Positions 27,076 through 35,858 of a stretch of DNA of 42,461 nucleotides are shown here, piece by piece; position 1 is the first letter of the stretch, and each line of letters begins with the position of its first letter. A program made the position numbers and the translations under genes. This stretch comes from Bacteroidales bacterium (GTDB taxonomy: Bacteria > Bacteroidota > Bacteroidia > Bacteroidales > Muribaculaceae): contig CAADVV010000370.1 of assembly GCA_900752535.1 (NCBI GenBank), positions 1-42,461 of the forward strand. The letters run 5' to 3'. The notes under the pieces are model-generated. The model was not told the origin of the DNA. It did not search any database and worked only from the letters and a program-made list of their open reading frames with translations.

Positions 27076-30000
27076 ATGAGTTACAACAAATTGAAATCAC
27101 TGGTGGCAAACGTGGAAGCCATTGCAACGGCAATGAAAATCCGTATCGACGACAGGCAAGCCACCGACGAAGAGAAAGAGGTATTATCCCGATATTCCGG
27201 TTTCGGGGGTATTAAAGACGTGTTGAGCATAGGAACGGAACGCACTGCCAACGATGATGTGGCCGAGCATATCCACAGGTTGCAAGACTTGATAGAAGCA
27301 TATCCCTATTACGACGACGCCATGCGGCAAGCCGTCATCGACAGTATAAAATCCTCTGTCCTGACCGCTTTTTACACGCCGAAATTCCTCATAGACGCAG
27401 TAGCCCGGCAGATACACGCCACATTCAAGGATAACAGCCTGCAAATGCGCACGTTCCTCGAACCCAGTGCCGGGATAGGCGGTTTTCTGCCCGTCGCCAT
27501 GCCTGACACCCGCAGCTACGCCTTTGAAAAAGATTGCCTTACGGGACTTATCCTGTCGTTTCTGCATGATAAGACGACCACGGTAACGGCAGGTTTCGAG
27601 ACGATAGCCGACCAGCATCTGGAGCACGGGAGCTTCGATGTTATCGCCTCGAATATCCCGTTCGGCAATTTCCGGGTGTTCGACGCGGAAATGTGGAAGA
27701 AAGGCGGCATGTACGAACAGTCAGCCAAGACCATACACAACTACTTTTTTGTCAAGGCAATGGAACTGTTGAACGAGGGCGGACTGCTGGCGTTCGTTGC
27801 GCCGAGAGGAATTGCCGACACGCCGGGCAACAAGTTCGTGCGCGAGTACCTCGTCAATCATGCCGACCTCATAACGGCCTTACGGCTGCCCGATACCCTT
27901 TTCATGCAGACGAGCGGCATAGAGGTAGGGAGCGACCTCCTGATATTCCAGAAACACAGCCGCAAGGCGACGCTCTCGTTACGGGAGAAGATGTTTTTGC
28001 AGGTTTCCAAGGAAAAGGCCGACACGGCGGGAACGACAACCGACTATGCGAATAAAATCTTTACCCTCCCCAAGACCGCCCTTGCCACGGACAGCCGCAT
28101 TGCGCTGAACCAGTTCGGAAAGTACGTCCGCAAATACCAGTGGTTAGGCGATGAAAATGCCATGTCCCAATACCTTTCCGCACTGCTCAAATACGACTTC
28201 GACCGCTATTTTCGCAAAGCTCTTTTCGCCAGCCACGGCCAAGACAACGCCCCCGTGCAGATGTCCCTTTTCGGCGAGCCGCAGACGGCCAAAGGCATAC
28301 GTGCCTACACGGAGAACATGGAAGCATGGATAAAGAACGGCGCAATGGTCGTTTTCGAGGGGCAGGTAGGTACGCTCCGGTTCCGCAAGTCGAGCCGTTA
28401 CACGGAGACAGCCGTCGATTTCGTACCCGTGGACGAGGGCAAGGTAAACACGGACAGGGCCGCCGACTATTTCCCCATACGCAAGGCGTATTTCGAGCTG
28501 TCCGGCAGGGAACGGGAAGAACAAAAGGAGTGCCCGGAGCTGCGTAAACAACTCAACGCCCTATACGACGCTTTTGTTGCCAAATGGGGATTTTTCCACG
28601 ACAACGACAACAAAGAGTTTATCATGCTCGACAGCCTCGGTACGGAGGTGTTCACGATAGAAATGCAGGTCGGCAGGGACATCTTCAAAGCCGATGTTAT
28701 GCGTGAACCAGTCGCTTTCAAGAAGATAGACACCGCCGTAACGCTGTCCCCCGTGGAAGCCTTGGCAAGCAGCCTGAACTTTTACGGCAAGGTCGATATG
28801 GGCTACATGGCACAAGCCACGAACAAGGAGGAAGAAGAAATCATCGAAGCCCTGCAAGGGGAAATCTTCTACAATCCGGCCAGCGCAGAATGGGAGCACA
28901 AAGGGAAGTTCCTCGCCGGAAACGTCATAGCCAAGCAGCAAGAAACGCTATCCTTTCTCCCGGATCTCGCCGGAAAGGAGAAAGAATGGGCCGAAGCGTC
29001 CGCAAAGGCACTGGAGAACACCATACCCGAACCGATACCCTATGAAGAACTCGACATCAACATGGGCGAGCGGTGGATAGATACGAAGCTGTACGCCGAT
29101 TTCGCCTCCGAACTCTTCGGAGTGGGTGCGGATGTGATGTATTTCGACGTGAACGACACCTACCTGATTCGGCTGCAGGGATATTCACCCGTGGCATACA
29201 ATACCTATTCCGTGCGCAACTACAACGGCGAGGATTTGTTTGTACACGCCCTGCACGATACCGTTCCCGAAATAACGAGAGAGGAATATCGGAACGGCAG
29301 CAAAGTACGTGTGCCGGACGAGGAAGCCATGCAGGAGGCCGCCGCCAAGATACAGGAAATCAGAGAACGTTTCAACCAGTGGCTCGACAACGAGCCACTG
29401 GAAGGCCGGGACGAACTGGTAAGGACATACAACGAGCGTTTCAACTGTTACGTGCGTCCGCACTACGACGGCTCGGCGCAGACATTCCCCGGCCTCTCTT
29501 TCGAGCAGTTCCCGTACAAAGAACTTTATCCCTCACAGAAAGACGCTATCTGGATGATAAAGCAGAACGGCGGCGGTATCTGCTGGCACGAGGTCGGTAC
29601 GGGCAAGACGATGATAATGTGCGTGGCCGCCTACGAAATGAAACGTCTCGGACTGGTGCAGAAACCCCTCATTATCGGGCTGAAAGCTAACGTGCACGAG
29701 ATTGCCGACACGTTCCGAAAGGCATACCCCGCAGCCAAGGTGCTCTATCCGGGCAAGGAAGATTTCACCCCTGCCAATCGCAAAGAGGTGTTTTCAAAAA
29801 TCAAGAACAACAACTGGGACTGCATTATCCTGACACACGACCAGTTTAGCAAGATTCCGCAGTCCGAAGAAACCATGTACGACATATTCTCGGAAGAACT
29901 GGCCGACGTGGAGCACAGCCTCGAAGTGTTGGAGCAGTCCACCATGCGCTACCGGAGCGGCAGGATGCAGAAAGGACTGGAAACCCGGAAACAAAACCTT

Positions 30001-32052
30001 AAAGCCAAGCTCGCCGAGCTGCAGATGAAGATAGACCGCCGGAAAGACGATACCGTCGATTTCCGCTCGATGGGCATAGACCACATATTTGTGGACGAAT
30101 GCCACTGCTATAAAAATCTGATGTTCCAGACACGCCACACGAGGGTAGCGGGCATCGGCAACGCGCAAGGCTCGCAAAGGGCGATGAACCTTTTGTTTGC
30201 CATTCGGGACATTCAACGCCGCACGGGAAAGGATTTGGGGGCTACGTTCCTGTCGGGTACGGTGGTCGTCAATGCGTTGACCGAACTGTACGTGATGTTC
30301 AAATACCTGCGTCCGAGGGAACTCAAGCGGCAACAAGTAAGCTGTTTCGACGCTTGGGCGGCTATCTTCACGAAAAAGACCGCTGACTACGAGCTGAACG
30401 TAACGGGTACGATAAAGCGCAAAGAGCGTTTCCGCACTTACATCAAAGTGCCGGAACTGGCGATGTTCCTGCGGGAGATTACCGACTATCGTACAGCCGA
30501 TATGATAAACCTCGATGTGCCGGACAAAAACGTGCGTTTCCTTTCCCATGCACCCACTATCCAACAGGAGGAAATGATCGGGCGGCTCGTCGCCTTTGCG
30601 CACAGCGGACAATGGGAAGATTTGGGGTTGGATATTCCGCAGCCGGACAATCTCGACAAGGCGAAAATGCTTGTAGCTACCAACGTGGCACGCAAGATGT
30701 CCCTTGATATGCGCTTGCTGGGCGACAAGTTCAGCGACGACGAGAACAACAAGGCTTCTATCTGTGCACGGACGATCTATGACTATTACGAGCGTTCGAC
30801 CGCCAACCGGGGCACGCAGTTCGTCTTCAGCGACCTTGCCACTTACAAGCCGAACGAGTGGAACATCTATAGCGACATCAAGAACAAGCTGGTGGCAATG
30901 GGGATTCCTGCCGATGAAATCCAGTTTATCCAGTGCGCCAAGACCGAACGGGCGAGAAAGAAACTCTTTGCGGACATGAACAGCGGCAGGGTACGGGTGT
31001 TGTTCGGCTCTACCTCGATGTTGGGAACGGGAGTAAACGCCCAGGAGAGGGCCGTTGCGGTGCATCATCTGGAGATACCTTGGCGCCCTGCCGACATGGA
31101 GCAGCGCAACGGTCGTGCGGTACGCAAGGGTAACACTGTCAAGCTCTGGGGAAACAACACCGTGGACGTGGTGATTTACGGTACGCAAAAGACGCTCGAC
31201 GCTTACAAATTTAACCTGTTGAAAAACAAGCAAATGTTTATCAACCAGATTAACAACGGTACGATTGCCGTGCGCCGTATCGACGAGGACGCTATGGACG
31301 AGGACAACGGCATGAATTTCGCCGAGTTCGTGGCTCTCCTGTCGGGAAATACCGACCTGTTGGAGAAAACGAAGCTCGACAACAAGATTATGCAGCTCGA
31401 AAAGGAACAGGCCATTTTCAAGAAAGACCGTATCAGGGCCGAGCGTAAGATTGCGGCCAACCGGGAAGACATAACAAAGGCCGAGAGTGCTGCCGAACGC
31501 ATGACGCAGGACTGGGAATATATCACCTCTTACACGAGAGACCGGACGACCCGGCTGTTGAACCTCGCACAAGCCACGGCGGAAGAGACCGGACGGGAGC
31601 TGCACCGCATTTCCAAGACCTACCGCAACGGGGCAATCAGCACGATAGGCACGTATGCCGGATTGAACCTTTCGGTGTACAGCGAGTATGACATGGGCGG
31701 TACATTTTACCGCAATACGTTCCTCGTCGAGGGCGTAAGCGGGCTTAAATACCGTTGCGGCCTGTCGGGCGCATTGCCTCTGGGCTTCGTAGAATCGTCC
31801 CGATACCCGCAAGCCGCCCTTGCCAAGCTGCCCGGCATGATTGAGGAACAACGGCAGAAGATTGCCAAGCTGGAGAGCGAGATACCCACCTTAGAGACAA
31901 TCATAGCCCGCAAGTGGAGCAAGGCGGACGAGTTGGCAAGGCTCAAACAAGAGTGCAACGCTTTACAGCATCGGATCGACGAGAGTATGAAAGAGGCGGA
32001 ACGCACGCAGTCCGTCCTTTCCGAACACGAGGCCAGCGATAAAGCGGCCTGA
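27076..32052 (+). CDS. N6-adenine DNA methyltransferase / SNF2-DEAD-like helicase fusion protein (1658 aa)
   Basis: SAM motif LEPSAGIGGF. Catalytic-type motif NIPFGN (27652-27669). Helicase motif I HEVGTGKT, motif II DECH (30094-30105), motif VI QRNGRAVRKGN. Coiled C-terminal region. Confidence 0.85.
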   Translation: MSYNKLKSLVANVEAIATAMKIRIDDRQATDEEKEVLSRYSGFGGIKDVLSIGTERTANDDVAEHIHRLQDLIEAYPYYDDAMRQAVIDSIKSSVLTAFYTPKFLIDAVARQIHATFKDNSLQMRTFLEPSAGIGGFLPVAMPDTRSYAFEKDCLTGLILSFLHDKTTTVTAGFETIADQHLEHGSFDVIASNIPFGNFRVFDAEMWKKGGMYEQSAKTIHNYFFVKAMELLNEGGLLAFVAPRGIADTPGNKFVREYLVNHADLITALRLPDTLFMQTSGIEVGSDLLIFQKHSRKATLSLREKMFLQVSKEKADTAGTTTDYANKIFTLPKTALATDSRIALNQFGKYVRKYQWLGDENAMSQYLSALLKYDFDRYFRKALFASHGQDNAPVQMSLFGEPQTAKGIRAYTENMEAWIKNGAMVVFEGQVGTLRFRKSSRYTETAVDFVPVDEGKVNTDRAADYFPIRKAYFELSGREREEQKECPELRKQLNALYDAFVAKWGFFHDNDNKEFIMLDSLGTEVFTIEMQVGRDIFKADVMREPVAFKKIDTAVTLSPVEALASSLNFYGKVDMGYMAQATNKEEEEIIEALQGEIFYNPASAEWEHKGKFLAGNVIAKQQETLSFLPDLAGKEKEWAEASAKALENTIPEPIPYEELDINMGERWIDTKLYADFASELFGVGADVMYFDVNDTYLIRLQGYSPVAYNTYSVRNYNGEDLFVHALHDTVPEITREEYRNGSKVRVPDEEAMQEAAAKIQEIRERFNQWLDNEPLEGRDELVRTYNERFNCYVRPHYDGSAQTFPGLSFEQFPYKELYPSQKDAIWMIKQNGGGICWHEVGTGKTMIMCVAAYEMKRLGLVQKPLIIGLKANVHEIADTFRKAYPAAKVLYPGKEDFTPANRKEVFSKIKNNNWDCIILTHDQFSKIPQSEETMYDIFSEELADVEHSLEVLEQSTMRYRSGRMQKGLETRKQNLKAKLAELQMKIDRRKDDTVDFRSMGIDHIFVDECHCYKNLMFQTRHTRVAGIGNAQGSQRAMNLLFAIRDIQRRTGKDLGATFLSGTVVVNALTELYVMFKYLRPRELKRQQVSCFDAWAAIFTKKTADYELNVTGTIKRKERFRTYIKVPELAMFLREITDYRTADMINLDVPDKNVRFLSHAPTIQQEEMIGRLVAFAHSGQWEDLGLDIPQPDNLDKAKMLVATNVARKMSLDMRLLGDKFSDDENNKASICARTIYDYYERSTANRGTQFVFSDLATYKPNEWNIYSDIKNKLVAMGIPADEIQFIQCAKTERARKKLFADMNSGRVRVLFGSTSMLGTGVNAQERAVAVHHLEIPWRPADMEQRNGRAVRKGNTVKLWGNNTVDVVIYGTQKTLDAYKFNLLKNKQMFINQINNGTIAVRRIDEDAMDEDNGMNFAEFVALLSGNTDLLEKTKLDNKIMQLEKEQAIFKKDRIRAERKIAANREDITKAESAAERMTQDWEYITSYTRDRTTRLLNLAQATAEETGRELHRISKTYRNGAISTIGTYAGLNLSVYSEYDMGGTFYRNTFLVEGVSGLKYRCGLSGALPLGFVESSRYPQAALAKLPGMIEEQRQKIAKLESEIPTLETIIARKWSKADELARLKQECNALQHRIDESMKEAERTQSVLSEHEASDKAA

Positions 32053-32077
32053 CCGTAATTCATAGATTTAACCTTTT

Positions 32078-32117
32078 CCCTCTGTTCGGTTACAAGGACC
32101 GGACAGGGGGACTTTTT
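32078..32117 (+). terminator. Intrinsic terminator after the methylase-helicase gene
   Basis: CCCTCTGTTCGG / CCGGACAGGGGG 12-bp stem with two G-T pairs, then ACTTTTT. Confidence 0.65.
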
Positions 32118-32280
32118 CATCTTCCGGTCTGCCGACGGCCATACCCGGTTGTAGCGGAATCTGCCCCTTGTACCTCCGACCACTCCTTTTATACCGTACT
32201 CTTTGTCTTTTATAGGCAGGCTTTCGCTTCCCCCTTTTGTAGATTGAGATGCCATCACGAACCGACGACCGTAAAGCCCG

Positions 32281-32486
32281 ACACTTTTTTCCGCAAAGTT
32301 GATTGCATCTCAAAACTTTGCCTCAAGGCCCATCTTCGATTTTCCTGATGAAAAATCTTCCTTCTCACTTCGTTCCAAGAGTATTTTTCATGGAATCCTT
32401 GCCGCAAACCCCGTGATGCAAAGACGAAGCAGAAAAAAGGATCAAACTTTCCGGTAATCGCTCGAACCGGAGGGAAATAAAAAAAC
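32281..32486 (+). repeat. Leader element L2 (divergent copy)
   Basis: TTTTTTCCGCAAAG 5' box and CGAACCGGAGGGAAATAAAAAAAC 3' box, spacing 179 nt. Ends 18 nt before the ATG at 32505. Confidence 0.55.
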
Positions 32487-32504
32487 TTAAAAACAAATTG
32501 AAAC

Positions 32505-33029
32505 ATGAAAAGAAATTCGCTTTTTGACAACTGGTTCGTTTTCAACTATCAGAGATTGCGTAACATATTCGGACGTTACTTGCACGAGGACGCCTTTCAC
32601 GACGCCTATTTGGTGATGAAACGGGAAGTCGTGATTTCGGAAATACCTGTCGAGAGTTTCGAGCCTTATTTTTTCGGCGTGTACAAGAAATGCAAGCTGA
32701 AATGTATTCACAAGGATAGTTATTACTGTTTCCCCGACAACGAACATTTCTTTTTGCTCATGCAGGAAGAGGAAACACCGTCCGTCGAGGTACTTGCAGC
32801 TTCCGACAAGTTGGTGTACGACATACTGCTGTTCGTGAAGAAGAAATATCCCCGAACGGACTACGAGCTTTTCAGGCTGAAAGAGTACGAGGCGAAATGT
32901 TCATACAGACACCTCTCTGCCTATGCAGGCATTTCCGCAAGTGCGATACACCGGAGAATAAGCGATATAGCCGACACTATCCGCAATCACGAAGGATTTT
33001 CTAAAAGGTATGCCCACGTAAATATGTAA
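32505..33029 (+). CDS. Sigma-70/ECF-like factor (region 2-like N-terminus, region 4-like HTH)
   Basis: HEDAFHDAYLVM and EPYFFGVYKKCKL are region-2-like. CSYRHLSAYAGISASAIHRRISDIADTIR is a region-4-like HTH. Assigned by pattern only. Confidence 0.5.
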   Translation: MKRNSLFDNWFVFNYQRLRNIFGRYLHEDAFHDAYLVMKREVVISEIPVESFEPYFFGVYKKCKLKCIHKDSYYCFPDNEHFFLLMQEEETPSVEVLAASDKLVYDILLFVKKKYPRTDYELFRLKEYEAKCSYRHLSAYAGISASAIHRRISDIADTIRNHEGFSKRYAHVNM

Positions 33030-33060
33030 TTCGTATAACCCATAAAATAATTCAAAAAAA

Positions 33061-33471
33061 ATGAAACTTGTAATTTACAACATTGAGAACTGCCGGACAA
33101 GAGAAAACCGGGTAGGCAAAAGGAGCATAAGGTTCAACAGCGTTACCGGCAATATGTATCTATCCACCAAACTGGCAAAAGAAATGAATATCACGATGAA
33201 TGACCGTCTGGAGTTTGCCCATGACGAGAACAATCCCAAAGAATGGTTTCTGCACAAGACCACCGACAAACAAGGTTTCCCGCTGCAGTTCAACAGAGGA
33301 GGAACACGCTTGAGGAATAAGTACATCTGTAAGACCATTTTGGATATAGCGAAAGTCAAGGAGAGCGCGACATTCTTGGTATCGAAAGACCCGGTAAAGA
33401 CCGAGCTGGGGCCATTTTACAGAATAATACTCTCTTGTCCCATTCTCCCGAAGAACAAGCCCAAACTATAA
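33061..33471 (+). CDS. Hypothetical protein
   Basis: 136-aa ORF 31 nt after the sigma-like gene, lower GC. No family recognised. Confidence 0.55.
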   Translation: MKLVIYNIENCRTRENRVGKRSIRFNSVTGNMYLSTKLAKEMNITMNDRLEFAHDENNPKEWFLHKTTDKQGFPLQFNRGGTRLRNKYICKTILDIAKVKESATFLVSKDPVKTELGPFYRIILSCPILPKNKPKL

Positions 33472-33491
33472 GCCTGTAACCTCTGTGGTCT

Positions 33492-33517
33492 GTCCGAAGG
33501 GCGGAAGCCTTTCGGAC
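33492..33517 (+). terminator. Hairpin after 33061..33471 (no T-run)
   Basis: GTCCGAAGG / CC(T)TTCGGAC stem. Confidence 0.35.
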
Positions 33518-34060
33518 GGATTGCAGGGCAGCCGATACCTTTTATAGCACGATTGTCTCCTTTTTTACCTTCAGGCTGTTTTCCCTGTTATACGTCGGCT
33601 TTCCCAGCCCGGTGAACCAGTGGGAAGTCTGTGCCGTAACAAGTCGTCAGGGAAAGGGACGGGAGGCCGTTTCAAACCGGCGGCAGCCCGGATCGTGCCG
33701 TTCCATGCCGGAGCTTCGACCTGTCGAAACAACACGGTATTCCACAGCCCGACCGGTCTTTATGCCGCTGGTTTCGGACTTTCCGCCTCTGTTCCGTATC
33801 TTTCCCTTATGACCTGCTACGTCAAGGGCAAACGGCGATACTTCTTATCCGCCCCGCGCTTTCATTCCGCCCGGTCGAAATTCAGGCGTGGAGCGGATAA
33901 GGAGAATCCCTTTCATGTTTGCCCTGGCAGACCATTGCCTGACCCGCCCAAGCCGCACTCTTTTCTACTTCATTTTCTCCTGCATTTATATCCGGCAAGG
34001 CCGTCCCCCCTTTTACCGTCATATTTTTCGACCGTTCCCGTCTCTTCTCTGCCGTTGCCG

Positions 34061-34263
34061 TCCGATTTTCCAACTGCAAAGGTCGGCTGCCGCGCTTGAT
34101 CCGGCGGCTTGAAGTGCATTCCCTGCAAATTTTTCCTTTCTGCGAAAGAGTAATTGGCCGGGAAAACCGCCGTATGAAGCCCTGCCGGCAGTCGTGCACC
34201 GCATCTGTAAAATCCCGGAACGGTTCAAGCAGAGAAAAGAACCGAAAAAAGGGTAAAAAACAG
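34061..34263 (+). repeat. Leader element L3 (core copy)
   Basis: Long identity runs with L4, L5 and L7: CGCGCTTGAT, GGCTTGAAGTG, TGCAAAT, GTAATTGGC, CGTATGAAGC. Box spacing 175 nt. Confidence 0.85.
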
Positions 34264-34286
34264 ATGTTTCACATAAAAGACAAACG

Positions 34287-34733
34287 ATGGACAAGAAAAA
34301 CTGTAAAACAGGCAAACGCACAAAACGGCAGGTTGAAAAAATCCTGATGGTCATCAATGTCAAACGGGAAATCATAGATATTCTTCAGATAACCAATCGG
34401 CGTTTTATGTACAATCCGCAAACAGAAACTTTAATCTTAGGAGATGAAATGTACGGCAAAAGCATTTGCAGCTCCCATTCGCAAGAGTTCTACGCCTCAA
34501 AAGCAGAAGGACGCTTCGATGATTATTTGCGCGGGTGGATTGGCTCATCGAAAAGCTATCCCCACGGGATTATCCATTTTGCCCCCGCTGTCAGCATGGA
34601 ACAGTTCGACAGAGGATTTGACGCGTTGCAAATGTTCGCCAGACTTGAAGGCGTAAACGGAGATACTATCGTCCGGGGATTTTGCACTTTGCCAGAACAA
34701 AGGATGGGTGATTTGCTGCATTCCTCCCTTTGA
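34287..34733 (+). CDS. Hypothetical protein (start 34287 or 34347)
   Basis: First ATG after leader L3. The product is well mixed in composition downstream of MVINVKREIIDIL. Confidence 0.55.
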   Translation: MDKKNCKTGKRTKRQVEKILMVINVKREIIDILQITNRRFMYNPQTETLILGDEMYGKSICSSHSQEFYASKAEGRFDDYLRGWIGSSKSYPHGIIHFAPAVSMEQFDRGFDALQMFARLEGVNGDTIVRGFCTLPEQRMGDLLHSSL

Positions 34734-34768
34734 GATACCGGTTCAAACAAAATAAGCTATGATAAGGT

Positions 34769-34806
34769 ATCGTGCCTATGACAGCACCATAGGTGAAAGG
34801 CACGAT
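34769..34806 (+). terminator. Nested hairpin after 34287..34733
   Basis: ATCGTGCC / GGCACGAT outer stem with inner stem CTATG / CATAG. Confidence 0.4.
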
Positions 34807-34949
34807 GCCCGTTTATAAATTACGCAACTCCGTTGGCGGTTTCCTTTTATACCTCTCTATTTCCCTCTGCTCTTATACTTTGGCGAGGCCCTCTTCCCTT
34901 TATATCAATTATATGTATAACCTCTACGGTCTCCTCTCTGCCATCGCCG

Positions 34950-35153
34950 TCCGATTTTTCAGATGCAAAGGTAGGCTGCCGCGCTTGATCCGGCGGCTTG
35001 AAGTGTATTTCTTGCAAATTCTTCCTTCTACGAAGAGTAATTGGCAAGAAAAGCCGTCGTATGAAGCTGTACCGGCAGCCGGGTACCGCATCTATAAAAT
35101 CCCGGAACGGTTCAGGCAGAGAAAGGAACCGAAAAGAGGGAAAAAATAAACAG
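34950..35153 (+). repeat. Leader element L4 (core copy), upstream of ssb
   Basis: Same element as L3. Box spacing 173 nt. Ends 47 nt before the ATG at 35201. Confidence 0.85.
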
Positions 35154-35200
35154 TTAGGTAACGGCAGGACCAACCAGCTTGCCACAAACAATTTTCTATT

Positions 35201-35614
35201 ATGTTACATGTTCACACTATCGGACGCATCGGCAAAGACTGCCAAGTAATTTCAGGAGCACACGGCTCATTCATGGCTATGGACATAGCCGTTGACGATT
35301 ATTCAAAGGGGCAAAACATCACCACTTGGGTAAGGGTACGCAGCAACAAGGACAACCATATTCGTTTGTCCGAATATCTGACGAAAGGAAGACTCATACT
35401 CGTCGAAGGTACGCTGTCATCTTCCCTGTGGGAGGACAAGAACGGGAATAGACAGATACAGCTTTCCATTACGGCAGAGAGCCTTGCCTTTATCAATACC
35501 GGGAAACGGGAAGGCGCGGCAAACGGGGAGGGCAATGCAGTAAGCGGGGCAGACGGCGCACCCGTTCCTCCCGCAGATTTCCTGCAAGAGGAAAAGGAAG
35601 ATTTGCCATTCTGA
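35201..35614 (+). CDS. ssb: Single-stranded DNA-binding protein
   Basis: OB-fold pattern (TIGRIGKD..., TTWVRVRS, YLTKGRLILVEGTL). Gly-rich linker and acidic tail EEKEDLPF. Confidence 0.85.
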   Translation: MLHVHTIGRIGKDCQVISGAHGSFMAMDIAVDDYSKGQNITTWVRVRSNKDNHIRLSEYLTKGRLILVEGTLSSSLWEDKNGNRQIQLSITAESLAFINTGKREGAANGEGNAVSGADGAPVPPADFLQEEKEDLPF

Positions 35615-35638
35615 TAAAAAGTAAGTCTTTGAAAATAA

Positions 35639-35834
35639 AGGAATACTAAATGTAGTATATCCTATATGTAGTAGATTAGTAGCCGCTCGTCTGCGAATGT
35701 AGGATATACTACTCTTAGTTAAACTTGATTTTAGGATAGTAGTAAATACTAAAATACTATATTCCTAAAATAATAGTTTTTAGTGAATTAGTATATACTA
35801 ATTTTAGTATTTACGAAAAATAGTATTAACTTTG
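35639..35834. promoter_or_regulatory. AT-rich array of TAGTAT/ATACTA-core repeats (centromere/operator candidate) plus -7 box TAACTTTG (35827-35834) upstream of parA
   Basis: GTAGTATATCCTA (35652-35664) and its inverted copy TAGGATATACTAC (35700-35712). Perfect palindrome TTAGTATATACTAA near 35789. Further TAGGATAGTAGTA, AATACTA, TAGTATT copies. Confidence 0.55.
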
Positions 35835-35858
35835 CAAGTGGAATAAAAGAGTGAAGCG

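Noticed and set aside
29794-31851. 685-aa minus-strand ORF inside the methylase-helicase gene.
   Set aside because: The plus-strand frame carries the ordered helicase motifs I, II and VI. The antisense ORF has none and is Arg/Val/His-rich.
26735-33594. Shared 12-mer CCCTGTTATACG at 26735-26746 and 33583-33594, considered as an extra conserved box.
   Set aside because: A single 12-nt match is expected by chance many times in 42 kb. The two copies also lie at different distances from their leaders.
33612-34099. ORFs 33612..33812 and 33620..34099 in the long intergenic region.
   Set aside because: They have Pro/Arg/Ser/Gly-rich composition, no start context and overlapping alternative frames. 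They are more likely noncoding or a decayed remnant.
34216-34243. GGAAC inside the leader as an ECF-type -35 element for the sigma-like factor.
   Set aside because: The GGAAC is not conserved in the 40791 copy, which reads GAAGCGATTC there. It forms part of a covarying stem, and no CGT-type -10 follows at the proper spacing.
34096-35149. Track ORFs 34096..34347 and 34793..35149 encode similar peptides (RLIRRLEV.FLQILP...). So do the first 75 codons of 37112..37588, and also 40745..40999 and 39715..39936.
   Set aside because: The similarity comes from the DNA repeat. After about 25 codons the copies continue in different reading frames because of 1-2 nt indels that coincide with paired stem changes. 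The peptides are Arg/Lys/Ser-rich. A credible ATG and gene follow each element. I treat these as noncoding.
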